Of a stretch of 64,000 nucleotides of DNA, positions 9,192 through 19,442 are shown one piece after another (the stretch's first letter is position 1; the number at the start of each line of letters is the position of its first letter). A model generated the notes under the pieces. The model was not told the origin of the DNA. It saw only the letters and a program-made list of their open reading frames with translations, and ran no database searches. Where the stretch lies: contig CACXMS010000005.1 of NCBI GenBank assembly GCA_902768795.1, positions 18,492-82,491 on the forward strand. Reading direction: 5' to 3'. Position numbers and translations under genes: made by a program. Source of the DNA: an uncultured Eubacteriales bacterium (GTDB lineage: Bacteria; Bacillota; Clostridia; Christensenellales; CAG-138).

Positions 9192-10409
9192 TTATGCCGA
9201 AAGCCGCTTTTTCAACCGGTCCGCGATCGCGTCGAGGAACTGCTCGGAATCGACGGATGCGGTAACGGCGTCCGGATTCGCCATCCGGACCAGGTCGGGC
9301 GTCATGATCCCGTCCTGCAGCGTATCGAACACGGCCTGCTCGAGACAGTCGCCGAACCGGACAAGGTCGGCGATACCGTCAAGCTCGCCGCGCTTTTTGA
9401 GCGCGCCGGACCACGCGAAGATCGTCGCAACGGGGTTTGTACCCGTTTTTTCGCCGTTCCGATAACGGTAATAGTGGTTGGTGACCGTTCCGTGCGCGGC
9501 CTCAAACTCGAATTTTCCGTCGGGCGTGACGAGAACGGAGGTCATCATCGCCAGCGAGCCGAACGCCGTGGAAACGAGGTCGCTCATCACATCGCCGTCG
9601 TAGTTTTTGCAGGCCCAGATGAAGCCGCCTTCGGAGCGGATCACCCGCGCGACCGCATCGTCGATCAGCGTATAGAAATACCGGATGCCGAGCCGTTCAA
9701 AGTCCGCGCGGTATTTTTCATATTCCTCCTCAAAGATCGCACAGAACCGACCGTCGTACACCTTGGAGATCGTGTCCTTCGTGCTGAACCACAGATCCTC
9801 CTTTTGCGAGATCGCGTAGGCGAAACAGGCGTCGGCAAAGTCGCGGATGCTTTCGTCCGTGTTGTGCTGTCCGAGAAAAACGGCCGGCCCGTCGGTGCGC
9901 TGCACGACGACGCGCTGCTCGGCGCCGCTGTCTGCGCGGAACACGAGGCAGCACTCGCCGGGCTCGTCGGTTTTCAGCTCGACCGCCTTATAGATATCGC
10001 CGTACGCGTGACGGGCGATGCTGATCGGCTTCTTCCAGCAGGAAACGACCGGGCGGATCGCGTCGATCATGATCGGCGTGCGAAAAACCGTACCGCCGAG
10101 AATCGAGCGGATCGTCGCGTTCGGCGATTTCCACATTTCCGTCAGCTCCGGGTATTCCTGCATACGCTTGCGGTTCGGCGTGATCGTCGCGCACTTGACC
10201 GCAACGCCGTACCGCTTTGCCGCATTTGCGGCGTCGACCGTAACGCGGTCCTGCGTCGCGTTTCGATGCAGCAATCCGAGATCGTAGTATTCGCTGTTCA
10301 GTTCCACAAACGGGCAGATCAGCTTTTCCTTGATCCATTTCCAAAGCACACGTGTCATTTCATCGCCGTCCATCTCCACGATGGGGGTCTGCATGCGGAT
10401 TTTTTCCAT
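9192..10409 (-). CDS. icd: NADP-dependent isocitrate dehydrogenase (dimeric, eukaryote-like subtype)
   Basis: N-terminal PIVEMDGDEMTRVLW motif. 405 aa. GAGGAAAA RBS. Confidence 0.9.
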   Translation of the reverse strand: MEKIRMQTPIVEMDGDEMTRVLWKWIKEKLICPFVELNSEYYDLGLLHRNATQDRVTVDAANAAKRYGVAVKCATITPNRKRMQEYPELTEMWKSPNATIRSILGGTVFRTPIMIDAIRPVVSCWKKPISIARHAYGDIYKAVELKTDEPGECCLVFRADSGAEQRVVVQRTDGPAVFLGQHNTDESIRDFADACFAYAISQKEDLWFSTKDTISKVYDGRFCAIFEEEYEKYRADFERLGIRYFYTLIDDAVARVIRSEGGFIWACKNYDGDVMSDLVSTAFGSLAMMTSVLVTPDGKFEFEAAHGTVTNHYYRYRNGEKTGTNPVATIFAWSGALKKRGELDGIADLVRFGDCLEQAVFDTLQDGIMTPDLVRMANPDAVTASVDSEQFLDAIADRLKKRLSA

Positions 10410-10452
10410 TTTTGTTTTCCTCGTATTCTTTTTGAAGTGGCGCGGCCGCTTT

Positions 10453-12687
10453 TTAAGCGTTTTGCGCGGCGTAGTAGTTCATCAGGCATCCCTCGGTCAG
10501 AATCCGCCGTTCCTCGGCCGTCAGAGCCGGGAGACGGACCGTCAGAGACCGTATTTGCCCGTCCGACAGGACAAGCGCTTTTAGCGATTCCTTTCCGGCC
10601 AGGATGCCGGCTCTCAGATCCGGCACACAGATCCAGTCGCCGACCTGCAGACGGTCTGCATCCTTCGGGTCGAGCGTGAACGGAACGATGCCCCAGTTGA
10701 TGCAGTTGGAGCGGTACCGCTTGGTCGCGTAATCGATGCAGAAATTCGCAAAGCCGCCGAGCACGCGCTGACAGGACGCCGCCTGCTCGCGCGCGGAACC
10801 GTCGCCGGGGCGGTTGGCGTAGATCGCGCTGCCGACCGAAGTGTTTTCCGGGGAGAGGCCGAGCCGCCCGGCCGCCTGCAAAAGGAGTTCGGGCATATGT
10901 CCCGCCTGCCGTTTCTGCTCCAGAGCGCGAACGTCCTTGCTGCGCTGCACGTAATCGGGACAGCGGCGCGAAAGCGCAAAATCGCTGAGCCGGATCGGAT
11001 TCGAGCGGTAGCTGGAGGTTTCGCCGGAGGGAATCAGCTCGTCCGTCGTCGTGACCTCGTCCCGGATGACCGCGCAGAGCCGGACGAGCAGGTTTTCCTC
11101 GAGCCGCGGGATCCTCGGCCAATCCGTAATGTTCGGCCCGAACCGCAGTTCGACCGAGGGATCGGGCCTGCCGAACCCGTTGTAAACCCGTTTCTCGTAA
11201 ATCGCGTCGGTATAGCGGTACGGCTGCGGGGTAAAGGCGTAGTCGACGTCGGTTGCCGCCGTCAGAACGCCGCCGTTTTTCGCGGTCGCGGCGATCGAGC
11301 GCGCGTCCATCAGCGCGACCGCCGCAATCTGACCTTCCGCGGGCTTGGAGCCCTCCCGGTTCGCAAAGTTGCGCGTCGCATGGCGGATCGAAAGCGTATT
11401 GTTTGCCGGGGTATCGCCCGCGCCGAAGCACGGCCCGCAAAAGCACGGCTTCAGAACCGCGCCGGAACGGATCAGCGTTTCCGCAATCCCGTCGCGGAGG
11501 ATCGCAAGATGGATCGGCATAGAGGCGGGGTATACGGAGAGGTCGAACGCGCCGTTTCCGATGCTTTCGCCGTCCAGGATCGCGGCGGCCTCCGCGATGT
11601 TCTCGTACATGCCGCCCGAGCAGCCGACGATTACGCCCTGCTCAACGCGCACCTGTCCGTCCGATCCGATGCAGGATACCAGGTCGAGCGAAACGGAATC
11701 CGGCAGACTCTTCTGACAGTCCTTTTCACATTCCGAAAGGATCCGGACGGGATCCTTTTGCAGCGCGTGGATCGGAACGGCTTTCGAGGGATGGAACGGC
11801 AGCGCGATCATGGATTCGATCTCGTCGAGCCGCACCGTGAACATCGCGTCGTAGTACGCGCCGTCCGCAAGCGTCAGCGGGCGGAATGCCTCGGGCCGGC
11901 CGATCGTTTCGTAGTATTCCCGTACGGCGTCGTCGGTGATCCAGACGGAGCTGAGACAGCCCATCTCGGTCGTCATGACGTCGATGCCGATGCGGTAGTC
12001 CATGCGAAGCGCCGAAACGCCGGGCCCCGCAAATTCCAGAATCTTGTTCTTGACAAGCCCTTTCGGAAACAGCTCCGCCGTCAGCGCGAGTGCGACGTCG
12101 TGCGGGCCGACGCCCCTTTGGGGAGCGCCTTCGAGCCAGATCAGCACGGTTTGCGGCGCGGCGATATCCCAGGTGTTCTCCAGAAGCTGCTTGACAATCT
12201 CGCCGCCGCCTTCGCCGACGCCCATCGTGCCGTAGCAGCCGTAGCGCGTGTGGGAATCGGAGCCGAGGATCATCCTGCCGCAGCCCGTGAGCTTTTCCCG
12301 CGCGTATTGATGGATGACCGCCTGGTTCGCGGGAACATAGATGCCGCCGTATTTTTTCGCGGCGGAGAGCCCGAACGCGTGATCGTCCTCGTTGATCGTG
12401 CCGCCGATCGCGCAGAGACTGTTGTGACAGTTCGTCAGCGCGTACGGCACCGGGAAGCGTTTCAGCCCCGAGGCGCGCGCGGTCTGAATGATTCCGACGT
12501 AGGTGATGTCGTGCGAAATCAGCGCGTCAAAGCGGATCCGGAATCCGCTTTCGGCGTGTTCGCTTTCGTGCGCGCGAAGAATGCGGTAAGCGATCGTCTT
12601 TTCCCGCCCCGCGGGGTCCGGAGCCGAAGGCGTCGGCAGTCCGCCAAAAAGACGAACGCCGGATGCGCTTGCGTAAATACCGTTCAT
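10453..12687 (-). CDS. acn: Aconitate hydratase (clostridial type)
   Basis: Aconitase family motifs GSDSHT, CGPCFG and NREGS. C-terminal swivel domain. The start overlaps the GntR stop (ATGA). Confidence 0.85.
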   Translation of the reverse strand: MNGIYASASGVRLFGGLPTPSAPDPAGREKTIAYRILRAHESEHAESGFRIRFDALISHDITYVGIIQTARASGLKRFPVPYALTNCHNSLCAIGGTINEDDHAFGLSAAKKYGGIYVPANQAVIHQYAREKLTGCGRMILGSDSHTRYGCYGTMGVGEGGGEIVKQLLENTWDIAAPQTVLIWLEGAPQRGVGPHDVALALTAELFPKGLVKNKILEFAGPGVSALRMDYRIGIDVMTTEMGCLSSVWITDDAVREYYETIGRPEAFRPLTLADGAYYDAMFTVRLDEIESMIALPFHPSKAVPIHALQKDPVRILSECEKDCQKSLPDSVSLDLVSCIGSDGQVRVEQGVIVGCSGGMYENIAEAAAILDGESIGNGAFDLSVYPASMPIHLAILRDGIAETLIRSGAVLKPCFCGPCFGAGDTPANNTLSIRHATRNFANREGSKPAEGQIAAVALMDARSIAATAKNGGVLTAATDVDYAFTPQPYRYTDAIYEKRVYNGFGRPDPSVELRFGPNITDWPRIPRLEENLLVRLCAVIRDEVTTTDELIPSGETSSYRSNPIRLSDFALSRRCPDYVQRSKDVRALEQKRQAGHMPELLLQAAGRLGLSPENTSVGSAIYANRPGDGSAREQAASCQRVLGGFANFCIDYATKRYRSNCINWGIVPFTLDPKDADRLQVGDWICVPDLRAGILAGKESLKALVLSDGQIRSLTVRLPALTAEERRILTEGCLMNYYAAQNA

Positions 12688-13358
12688 AGCGTGTTCCCCT
12701 CCTCCGAAGCGCTGTTTGCGACTTCGATCAGACGCTTGTGCGCCGCTTTTGCGTGTTCCGTGATCGCCCGGTCCGCCGCGTCCGGGTCGCGGGAAGCGAT
12801 CGCTTCCAGGATCCGGCGGTGCTCCGCAATCGATTCGTTTGCGCGGTGCGGATATTCGACCGCGTTTTTGCGGAACTTCTGAATCTTGTTGTGCAGCGGG
12901 AACAGCGTGTTGGAAAGGATGGAGCTTCCCGAGAAGCGATAGATCATCTCGTGAAACGCACTGTCCATCTCCTGCACCTTTTCGCTGTCATGCCTGGCTG
13001 CGTAAAACTCCTGCAGACTCAGCACGTCCGAAAGCGCGCGGATCTGTTCGTCCGTGATGTTGCGCGCGCAGCCCGCAGCCGCCATGCCCTCGATCCGCTC
13101 CCGGATGCCGTAAATCGCATCTGCGTCCTCCACGGTGATGCTGAGCACCGTCACGCCCTTCGGACAGCTTTCCACGATATGCTCCTGTTCCAGCATCCGC
13201 AGCGCTTCGCGGACCGGCGTGCGGCTGACGCCGAGATCCTCGCAAAGCCGCAGCTCCGTCAGGATCGTTCCGCGCGTATATTTCCCCGAAAGAATATCTT
13301 TTTCCAGACGCTCATAAACCTGATCCGCTAAAGAAACCGATTTGTGCATCATAGTCAT
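12684..13358 (-). CDS. GntR-family transcriptional regulator (FadR/FCD subfamily)
   Basis: wHTH LTELRLCEDLGVSRTPVREALRMLEQE plus a C-terminal FCD-like helical domain. Embedded in the citrate synthase-aconitase operon. Confidence 0.85.
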   Translation of the reverse strand: MTMMHKSVSLADQVYERLEKDILSGKYTRGTILTELRLCEDLGVSRTPVREALRMLEQEHIVESCPKGVTVLSITVEDADAIYGIRERIEGMAAAGCARNITDEQIRALSDVLSLQEFYAARHDSEKVQEMDSAFHEMIYRFSGSSILSNTLFPLHNKIQKFRKNAVEYPHRANESIAEHRRILEAIASRDPDAADRAITEHAKAAHKRLIEVANSASEEGNTL

Positions 13359-13362
13359 TTCC

Positions 13363-14739
13363 TCACAGCCGTTTCAGTTTTCCCGTGGAGAGCTTCTCCA
13401 CATGTTCTTCAATCTCCGCCGTGCTCAGCGCCGTCTGCCGTCCGCCGGCATATTCCGCGTCGATCCATTCCTTCAGCTGCTGCACCAGCGGATCGCTCTT
13501 TTGCACCTGGTTTTCCCCCGAAAGACCGTAGTTTTCGTTGATCCAGTACGCGATCCCGGCGAGTCCGGACGTTTTTCCGAGGAGCACGGACGGCTTGCGG
13601 TGCAGCAGCCGGTCCGTATCGAAGATGTTGTAAATCTCCTCGTCCTTCATCAGCCCGTCGGCATGGATCCCGGCGCGGGTCACGTTGAAATTCCGGCCGA
13701 CAAAAGGCGTCATCGGCGGAACGTCGTAGTGGAGCTGCTTGCGGTAATACTCCGCAATCTCTGTGATGACCGTCGGGTCCATGCCGTCCATCGAGCCGCG
13801 CAGGGAAGCGTATTCCATGACCATCGCTTCGAGCGGAACGTTTCCGGTGCGCTCGCCGATGCCGAGCAGCGAGCAGTTGACCGCGCAGGCGCCGTACAGC
13901 CACGCGGTGGAGGCGTTGGCGACGGCTTTGTAGAAATCGTTGTGTCCGTGCCATTCGAGCATTTCGCTCGGCACGTCGGAATAATGCTGCAGACCGTAAA
14001 TGATTCCGGGCACGCTGCGCGGCAGGGCGACCTCGGGGTACGGCACGCCGTAGCCCATCGTGTCGCAGGCGCGGATGCGGACGGGGATGCCCGCCTCGCG
14101 CGACAGTTTCATCAGCTCGTTGACAAACGGTACGACGAATCCGTAAAAGTCCGCGCGCGTGATGTCCTCGAGATGGCAGCGCGGCATAACGCCCGCCTCA
14201 AACGCGCACGCAACGGCGGCGAGGTATTGTTCCATCGCCTGTTTGCGCGTCATCTTCAGCTTGCGGAAGATGTGGTAATCGCTGCAGGAGACCAGAATAC
14301 CGGTTTCGCGGATGCCGAGATCGCGCACCAGCGCGAAGTCCTCCTTGGTCGCGCGGATCCAGGTTGTAATCTCCGGAAAGCGCAGCCCGAGCGCCTGACA
14401 CTGCTCAATCGCTTCCCGGTCCTTCTGACTGTAAACGAAAAACTCCGTCTGCCGGATGATCCCGTACGGCCCGCCGAGGCGGCTCATCATCCGGTACAGG
14501 TCGACAATCTCCTTCACGCTGTACGGCTCGCGCGATTGCTGCCCGTCCCGGAACGTCGTATCGGTGATCCAGACCTCCTCCGGCATGCCCATCGGCACGC
14601 GGCGATGGTTGAACGCAACGCGCGGCACTTCCTCATAATTATACAGATCCCTGTATAAATTCGGGTCAGGGACATCCTGAAGCGCATATTTATACGTCTT
14701 TTGCTCCAAAAGATTGGTTTTGCTTGATAATTCCAGCAT
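13363..14739 (-). CDS. Re-citrate synthase (homocitrate/isopropylmalate-synthase-like HMGL family)
   Basis: ITDTTFRDGQQS HMGL motif. About 458 aa. Context with aconitase plus IDH matches clostridial Re-citrate synthase clusters. Start chosen at MLELSS. Confidence 0.7.
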   Translation of the reverse strand: MLELSSKTNLLEQKTYKYALQDVPDPNLYRDLYNYEEVPRVAFNHRRVPMGMPEEVWITDTTFRDGQQSREPYSVKEIVDLYRMMSRLGGPYGIIRQTEFFVYSQKDREAIEQCQALGLRFPEITTWIRATKEDFALVRDLGIRETGILVSCSDYHIFRKLKMTRKQAMEQYLAAVACAFEAGVMPRCHLEDITRADFYGFVVPFVNELMKLSREAGIPVRIRACDTMGYGVPYPEVALPRSVPGIIYGLQHYSDVPSEMLEWHGHNDFYKAVANASTAWLYGACAVNCSLLGIGERTGNVPLEAMVMEYASLRGSMDGMDPTVITEIAEYYRKQLHYDVPPMTPFVGRNFNVTRAGIHADGLMKDEEIYNIFDTDRLLHRKPSVLLGKTSGLAGIAYWINENYGLSGENQVQKSDPLVQQLKEWIDAEYAGGRQTALSTAEIEEHVEKLSTGKLKRL

Positions 14740-14762
14740 GGCGCACCCGGCTTTCTGTAGGA

Positions 14763-14802
14763 TATATGTATACAATTATACACGGATTTCTGTATCTGTC
14801 AA
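14763..14802 (-). promoter_or_regulatory. Putative promoter plus palindromic candidate GntR operator
   Basis: On the minus strand: TTGACA (14797-14802), 16 nt spacer, TATAAT (14775-14780), then the perfect palindrome TGTATACA (14767-14774) at about +1. Confidence 0.45.
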
Positions 14803-14827
14803 TAAAAATATATAATACGCAGCCCCC

Positions 14828-14877
14828 AAAAAAGAACAATGCCCCGTTTGCCGGACTTTGGACGCCGACAAACGGGG
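14828..14877 (-). terminator. Intrinsic terminator of asnS
   Basis: On the minus strand: ccccgtttg...caaacgggg stem followed by cattgttctttttt. Confidence 0.5.
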
Positions 14878-14909
14878 AACGCTTTCGTTCGAAGCAGATC
14901 CTGCTTATG

Positions 14910-16292
<1,383 letters not shown>

Positions 16293-16327
16293 AGGTTTCC
16301 TCCGAAAATGTCCAAAAGAATACAGAG

Positions 16328-16355
16328 ATTATACCATATTTCGGCGCGATTGCAA
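16328..16355 (-). promoter_or_regulatory. Putative asnS promoter (extended -10)
   Basis: On the minus strand: TTGCAA, 16 nt spacer, TGgTATAAT. Confidence 0.5.
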
Positions 16356-16452
16356 GCGTTGATTCGACTTCGGAACAATTTCACGGAAATTTTCATTGTA
16401 TCGCGCGGAAAAATCTGTTATACTGCACGGGAACAAACGGGAGGACAGACGA

Positions 16453-17049
16453 ATGTTTTCTTTTTTTCGACGCGAAAAAGCGCCGTACGTGCAATCGGAT
16501 ACGGCGGCCTGGCAGGACGAATGGCGCGGCCTTGTGCCGCCCGAATGCCGCAACGTACCGGTCACGGCGGACGGCAAAACGGTCGAGGCCTATATCCTGA
16601 TCAACCACTTCGCGGTGATGCTGCAGGACGGGCTTCTGATGGAACGCGCCTTTTTCGACGTATGCGAGCATTTTCAGCGCGCGGGCTACCACGTCGTGTG
16701 GCTGATGCGCTGTACGCAGGACGTTTATAACGGCTATCTGAAGCGCGGCCGGCAGAGCGGCGAGGTGACCTTCTGGAAATGGAACAGCCCGACGACAAAC
16801 TTCGGCCGCTGGATCACGGACAACCGCGAAGCGACGATCCTGCTGCAGCACGCCGAGCTGCCGGGCGGCCCGATCGGCGAATGCGACGCGCCGATCCTCG
16901 GCCGCGTGATCTGGGCGACGAGCGACGACCCGACCAAAATGGTCCCGAAATTCACCGCGTTTCAGACCGTTCCGCTGCCCGCGTCTCCGAAGGATCTGCT
17001 GCGCTGGCTGGAGGGCGAATCGCTGCAAAGCATTTCGAAAAGCAGGTGA
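16453..17049 (+). CDS. Hypothetical protein
   Basis: GGGAGG RBS before the ATG at 16453, and a terminator follows. No confident family; see findings. Confidence 0.55.
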   Translation: MFSFFRREKAPYVQSDTAAWQDEWRGLVPPECRNVPVTADGKTVEAYILINHFAVMLQDGLLMERAFFDVCEHFQRAGYHVVWLMRCTQDVYNGYLKRGRQSGEVTFWKWNSPTTNFGRWITDNREATILLQHAELPGGPIGECDAPILGRVIWATSDDPTKMVPKFTAFQTVPLPASPKDLLRWLEGESLQSISKSR

Positions 17050-17063
17050 AAGAGCGAGATATG

Positions 17064-17095
17064 ACTCCCCTTTTTCGGGGGAGTTTTTCTTTTTC
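17064..17095 (+). terminator. Intrinsic terminator
   Basis: actcccc-tttttc-ggggagt hairpin followed by a T-run. Confidence 0.7.
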
Positions 17096-17295
17096 ATCCA
17101 TTTGATGGCACGCGCCGGGTCATCCGACAAAAGATCGAGTAAAATCCGAAAAAACCGTTCAAAATTTGTTTACAAACTGTTCGTAATATGGTAAAAAATA
17201 CGGACAAAAACAGTGCAAAAAACATCGGCCCGGCTGTTTTTGATGCAAAAATACGCCTGTCTTTGTTTTCAGTTTTTTTCAGCGGAGGGGACAAC

Positions 17296-18018
17296 ATGAA
17301 CCATCAGACCATCAGGAAGCTTGCGGCGCTGCTGCTGGCGGCATTTTTGCTGATCGGCGCGCTGTCGCCCGTGAGTTTCGCGAAGGAAGAGATTGGGGAA
17401 CAGCCGATCCCGAACGGTTCCGATACGGATTTGTCGGAACTGCTGACCGTCGAAAGGATCGTTCTTTCGGAGGAACCCGACGGGCCGCTTGCAAGCGTTC
17501 CCGAAAACGCAGCGGCGTTCGTTCTGATCGGGCTGTTTGACGCGAACAAAAGCGTCGGCGCGAAGGTGACGATCGAGCAGGACAGCGACGGAACGTGGGT
17601 CATCACCAACAAGAATTCCGAAAAGGTGAACGTTCCCGCCGAGAAGAAGTGGACCGGCGGACCCGCGCTCGAAAAGGTCACGGTCTACCTGCTGGCCGAC
17701 AGCGTGCAAAAGGACTCGTTCGAGCTGACCGAGTCGGTGAACTGGAAGCATACCTTCACCGACCTGCCGAAATACGACGGAACCGACGGGCATGAGATTC
17801 AATACACGATCCGTGAAACCGAGCTGAAGAACTTCAAGACGGCCATCACCGGAAACAGTCAGACGGGCTTTGTCGTGACGAACACGAAGAAGCCGAACGT
17901 CCCCTCGACGGGCGACAACAGCCCTCTGGCGCTTTGGATCGGCGTGATGCTCCTTTCCGCCGGCTGCGCGGCATGGATGCTGTTCCTTCTCCTCAAAAAG
18001 AGAACGCAAAAAGCATAA
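17296..18018 (+). CDS. Sortase-anchored surface protein with CnaB-type domain
   Basis: Signal peptide. CnaB-like motif (KKWTGG...VTVYLLAD...YTIRE). VPSTG sorting motif followed by a hydrophobic segment and a KKRTQKA tail. Confidence 0.75.
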   Translation: MNHQTIRKLAALLLAAFLLIGALSPVSFAKEEIGEQPIPNGSDTDLSELLTVERIVLSEEPDGPLASVPENAAAFVLIGLFDANKSVGAKVTIEQDSDGTWVITNKNSEKVNVPAEKKWTGGPALEKVTVYLLADSVQKDSFELTESVNWKHTFTDLPKYDGTDGHEIQYTIRETELKNFKTAITGNSQTGFVVTNTKKPNVPSTGDNSPLALWIGVMLLSAGCAAWMLFLLLKKRTQKA

Positions 18019-18034
18019 TCCGTAAGAAACGCAA

Positions 18035-18069
18035 AGAGCCCGCGGGATGCAGAACATCCTGCGGGCTCT
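18035..18069. terminator. Bidirectional hairpin terminator between convergent genes
   Basis: agagcccgcgggatg-cagaa-catcctgcgggctct. Confidence 0.6.
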
Positions 18070-18100
18070 CGGTATTAAATAGGTGATCGCCGGATTGCCG

Positions 18101-19411
18101 TTACGCAAACTTCCGGTAGATCGCTTCGATGGCGCGCTCGAAATCGCGCTGCTCGACGCCGATGATCACGTTCATCTCACTGCTGCCCTGGTCGATGATG
18201 CGAACGTTCACGTCCGCGTCGGCGAGGGCGGTAAAGATTTTCGCGGCGGTGCCGCGGCTGCGAACCATGCCGATGCCGACCGAGGCGATCAGCGCGATGC
18301 AGCTTGCGATTTCCACGGTGTCCGGAATGCACTCGGCCATGATGTCGTGGTAGATCGAATCCATCTTCCCGCGCAGCTGCGCGTCGGAAGCGACGATGCT
18401 CATCGTGTCGATGCCGCAGGGCATACACTCGACCGAAACGCCGTACCGGGCAAAGATGCCGCAGACACGGAACGCGAAGCCCGGTTCGGAGTTCATGTTG
18501 TCCTTCTGCAGCGTAACGACCGTAAAGCCGCGGCTGCCGGCGACGCCGGTCAGCGGACAGGCGCGGTCGGGGGAAGCCATGACGTCGGGCACGATCATCG
18601 TGCCGTGCACCTCGGGGCGGTTCGTGTTGCGGACGTTGATCGGAATGCGCGCCTTGCGAACCGGGAAGATCGAATCCTCGTGCAGCACGGTCGCGCCCAT
18701 ATAGCTGAGCTCGCGCAGCTCCGAATAGGTCACGGTCTCAATGACCTTCGCGTCGGGCACGATGCGCGGATCCGCCATCAGAAAGCCGTCAACGTCGGTC
18801 CAGTTCTCGTAGAGCGAGGACTCGGTCGCGCGGGCGACGATCGCGCCCGTGATGTCGCTGCCCCCGCGGGAGAATGTGCGGACGCTGCCGTCGCGCCGCT
18901 TGCCGTAGAAGCCGGGGATGACCGCGCGGTCGTATTTTTTCAGCGCGCGGGTTCGCGCCTGCGTCAGCTCGTCGTCGTAGGTTCCGTCGTCATGGAAGCA
19001 GATCAGCTCCGAAGCGTCGACAAAGCGATAGCCGAGACAGTCCGCCATCAGAAGCGCGTTCAGGTATTCGCCGCGGCTTGCGGCATAGTCCGGGCTTGCG
19101 CCGCTTTCAATGATATGATAGATGTCCGAAAGCTCGGATTCAAGGTCGACCTTCAGATGCAGCTTGTCGCGGATCTGCAGAAACCGGCGCTCAATGCGCC
19201 CGAACACGTGATCGAACGGCGCGCCGCCCTGCGCGAGCCGCTGGCATTCGTAGAGCAGATCGGTGATCTTGTCGTCGCCCTTATAGCGTTTGCCGGGCGC
19301 GCTGACGACGACGTAGCGCCGCGCATCGTCGGCAAGGACGATGTCTTTGACTTTCTGAAACTGTGCGGCGTCGGCAAGCGAGCTTCCGCCGAATTTTACG
19401 GTTTTATACAT
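18101..19411 (-). CDS. lysC: Aspartate kinase
   Basis: N-terminal KFGGSSLA motif, amino-acid kinase fold, C-terminal ACT-like region. 436 aa. Confidence 0.85.
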   Translation of the reverse strand: MYKTVKFGGSSLADAAQFQKVKDIVLADDARRYVVVSAPGKRYKGDDKITDLLYECQRLAQGGAPFDHVFGRIERRFLQIRDKLHLKVDLESELSDIYHIIESGASPDYAASRGEYLNALLMADCLGYRFVDASELICFHDDGTYDDELTQARTRALKKYDRAVIPGFYGKRRDGSVRTFSRGGSDITGAIVARATESSLYENWTDVDGFLMADPRIVPDAKVIETVTYSELRELSYMGATVLHEDSIFPVRKARIPINVRNTNRPEVHGTMIVPDVMASPDRACPLTGVAGSRGFTVVTLQKDNMNSEPGFAFRVCGIFARYGVSVECMPCGIDTMSIVASDAQLRGKMDSIYHDIMAECIPDTVEIASCIALIASVGIGMVRSRGTAAKIFTALADADVNVRIIDQGSSEMNVIIGVEQRDFERAIEAIYRKFA

Positions 19412-19442
19412 GGCTCCCTCCTCATGGGAAAAAGAATGATCG

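Noticed and set aside
16293-16452. A T-box leader upstream of asnS.
   Set aside because: The region is only about 160 bp, shared with a divergent promoter. It has no T-box consensus, specifier-loop or antiterminator architecture. A promoter sits about 35 nt from the start codon.
19412-19442. A lysine riboswitch (L-box) upstream of the aspartate kinase gene.
   Set aside because: Only 31 bp separate lysC from the DUF1015 gene stop, which is too short. The genes appear to be co-transcribed.
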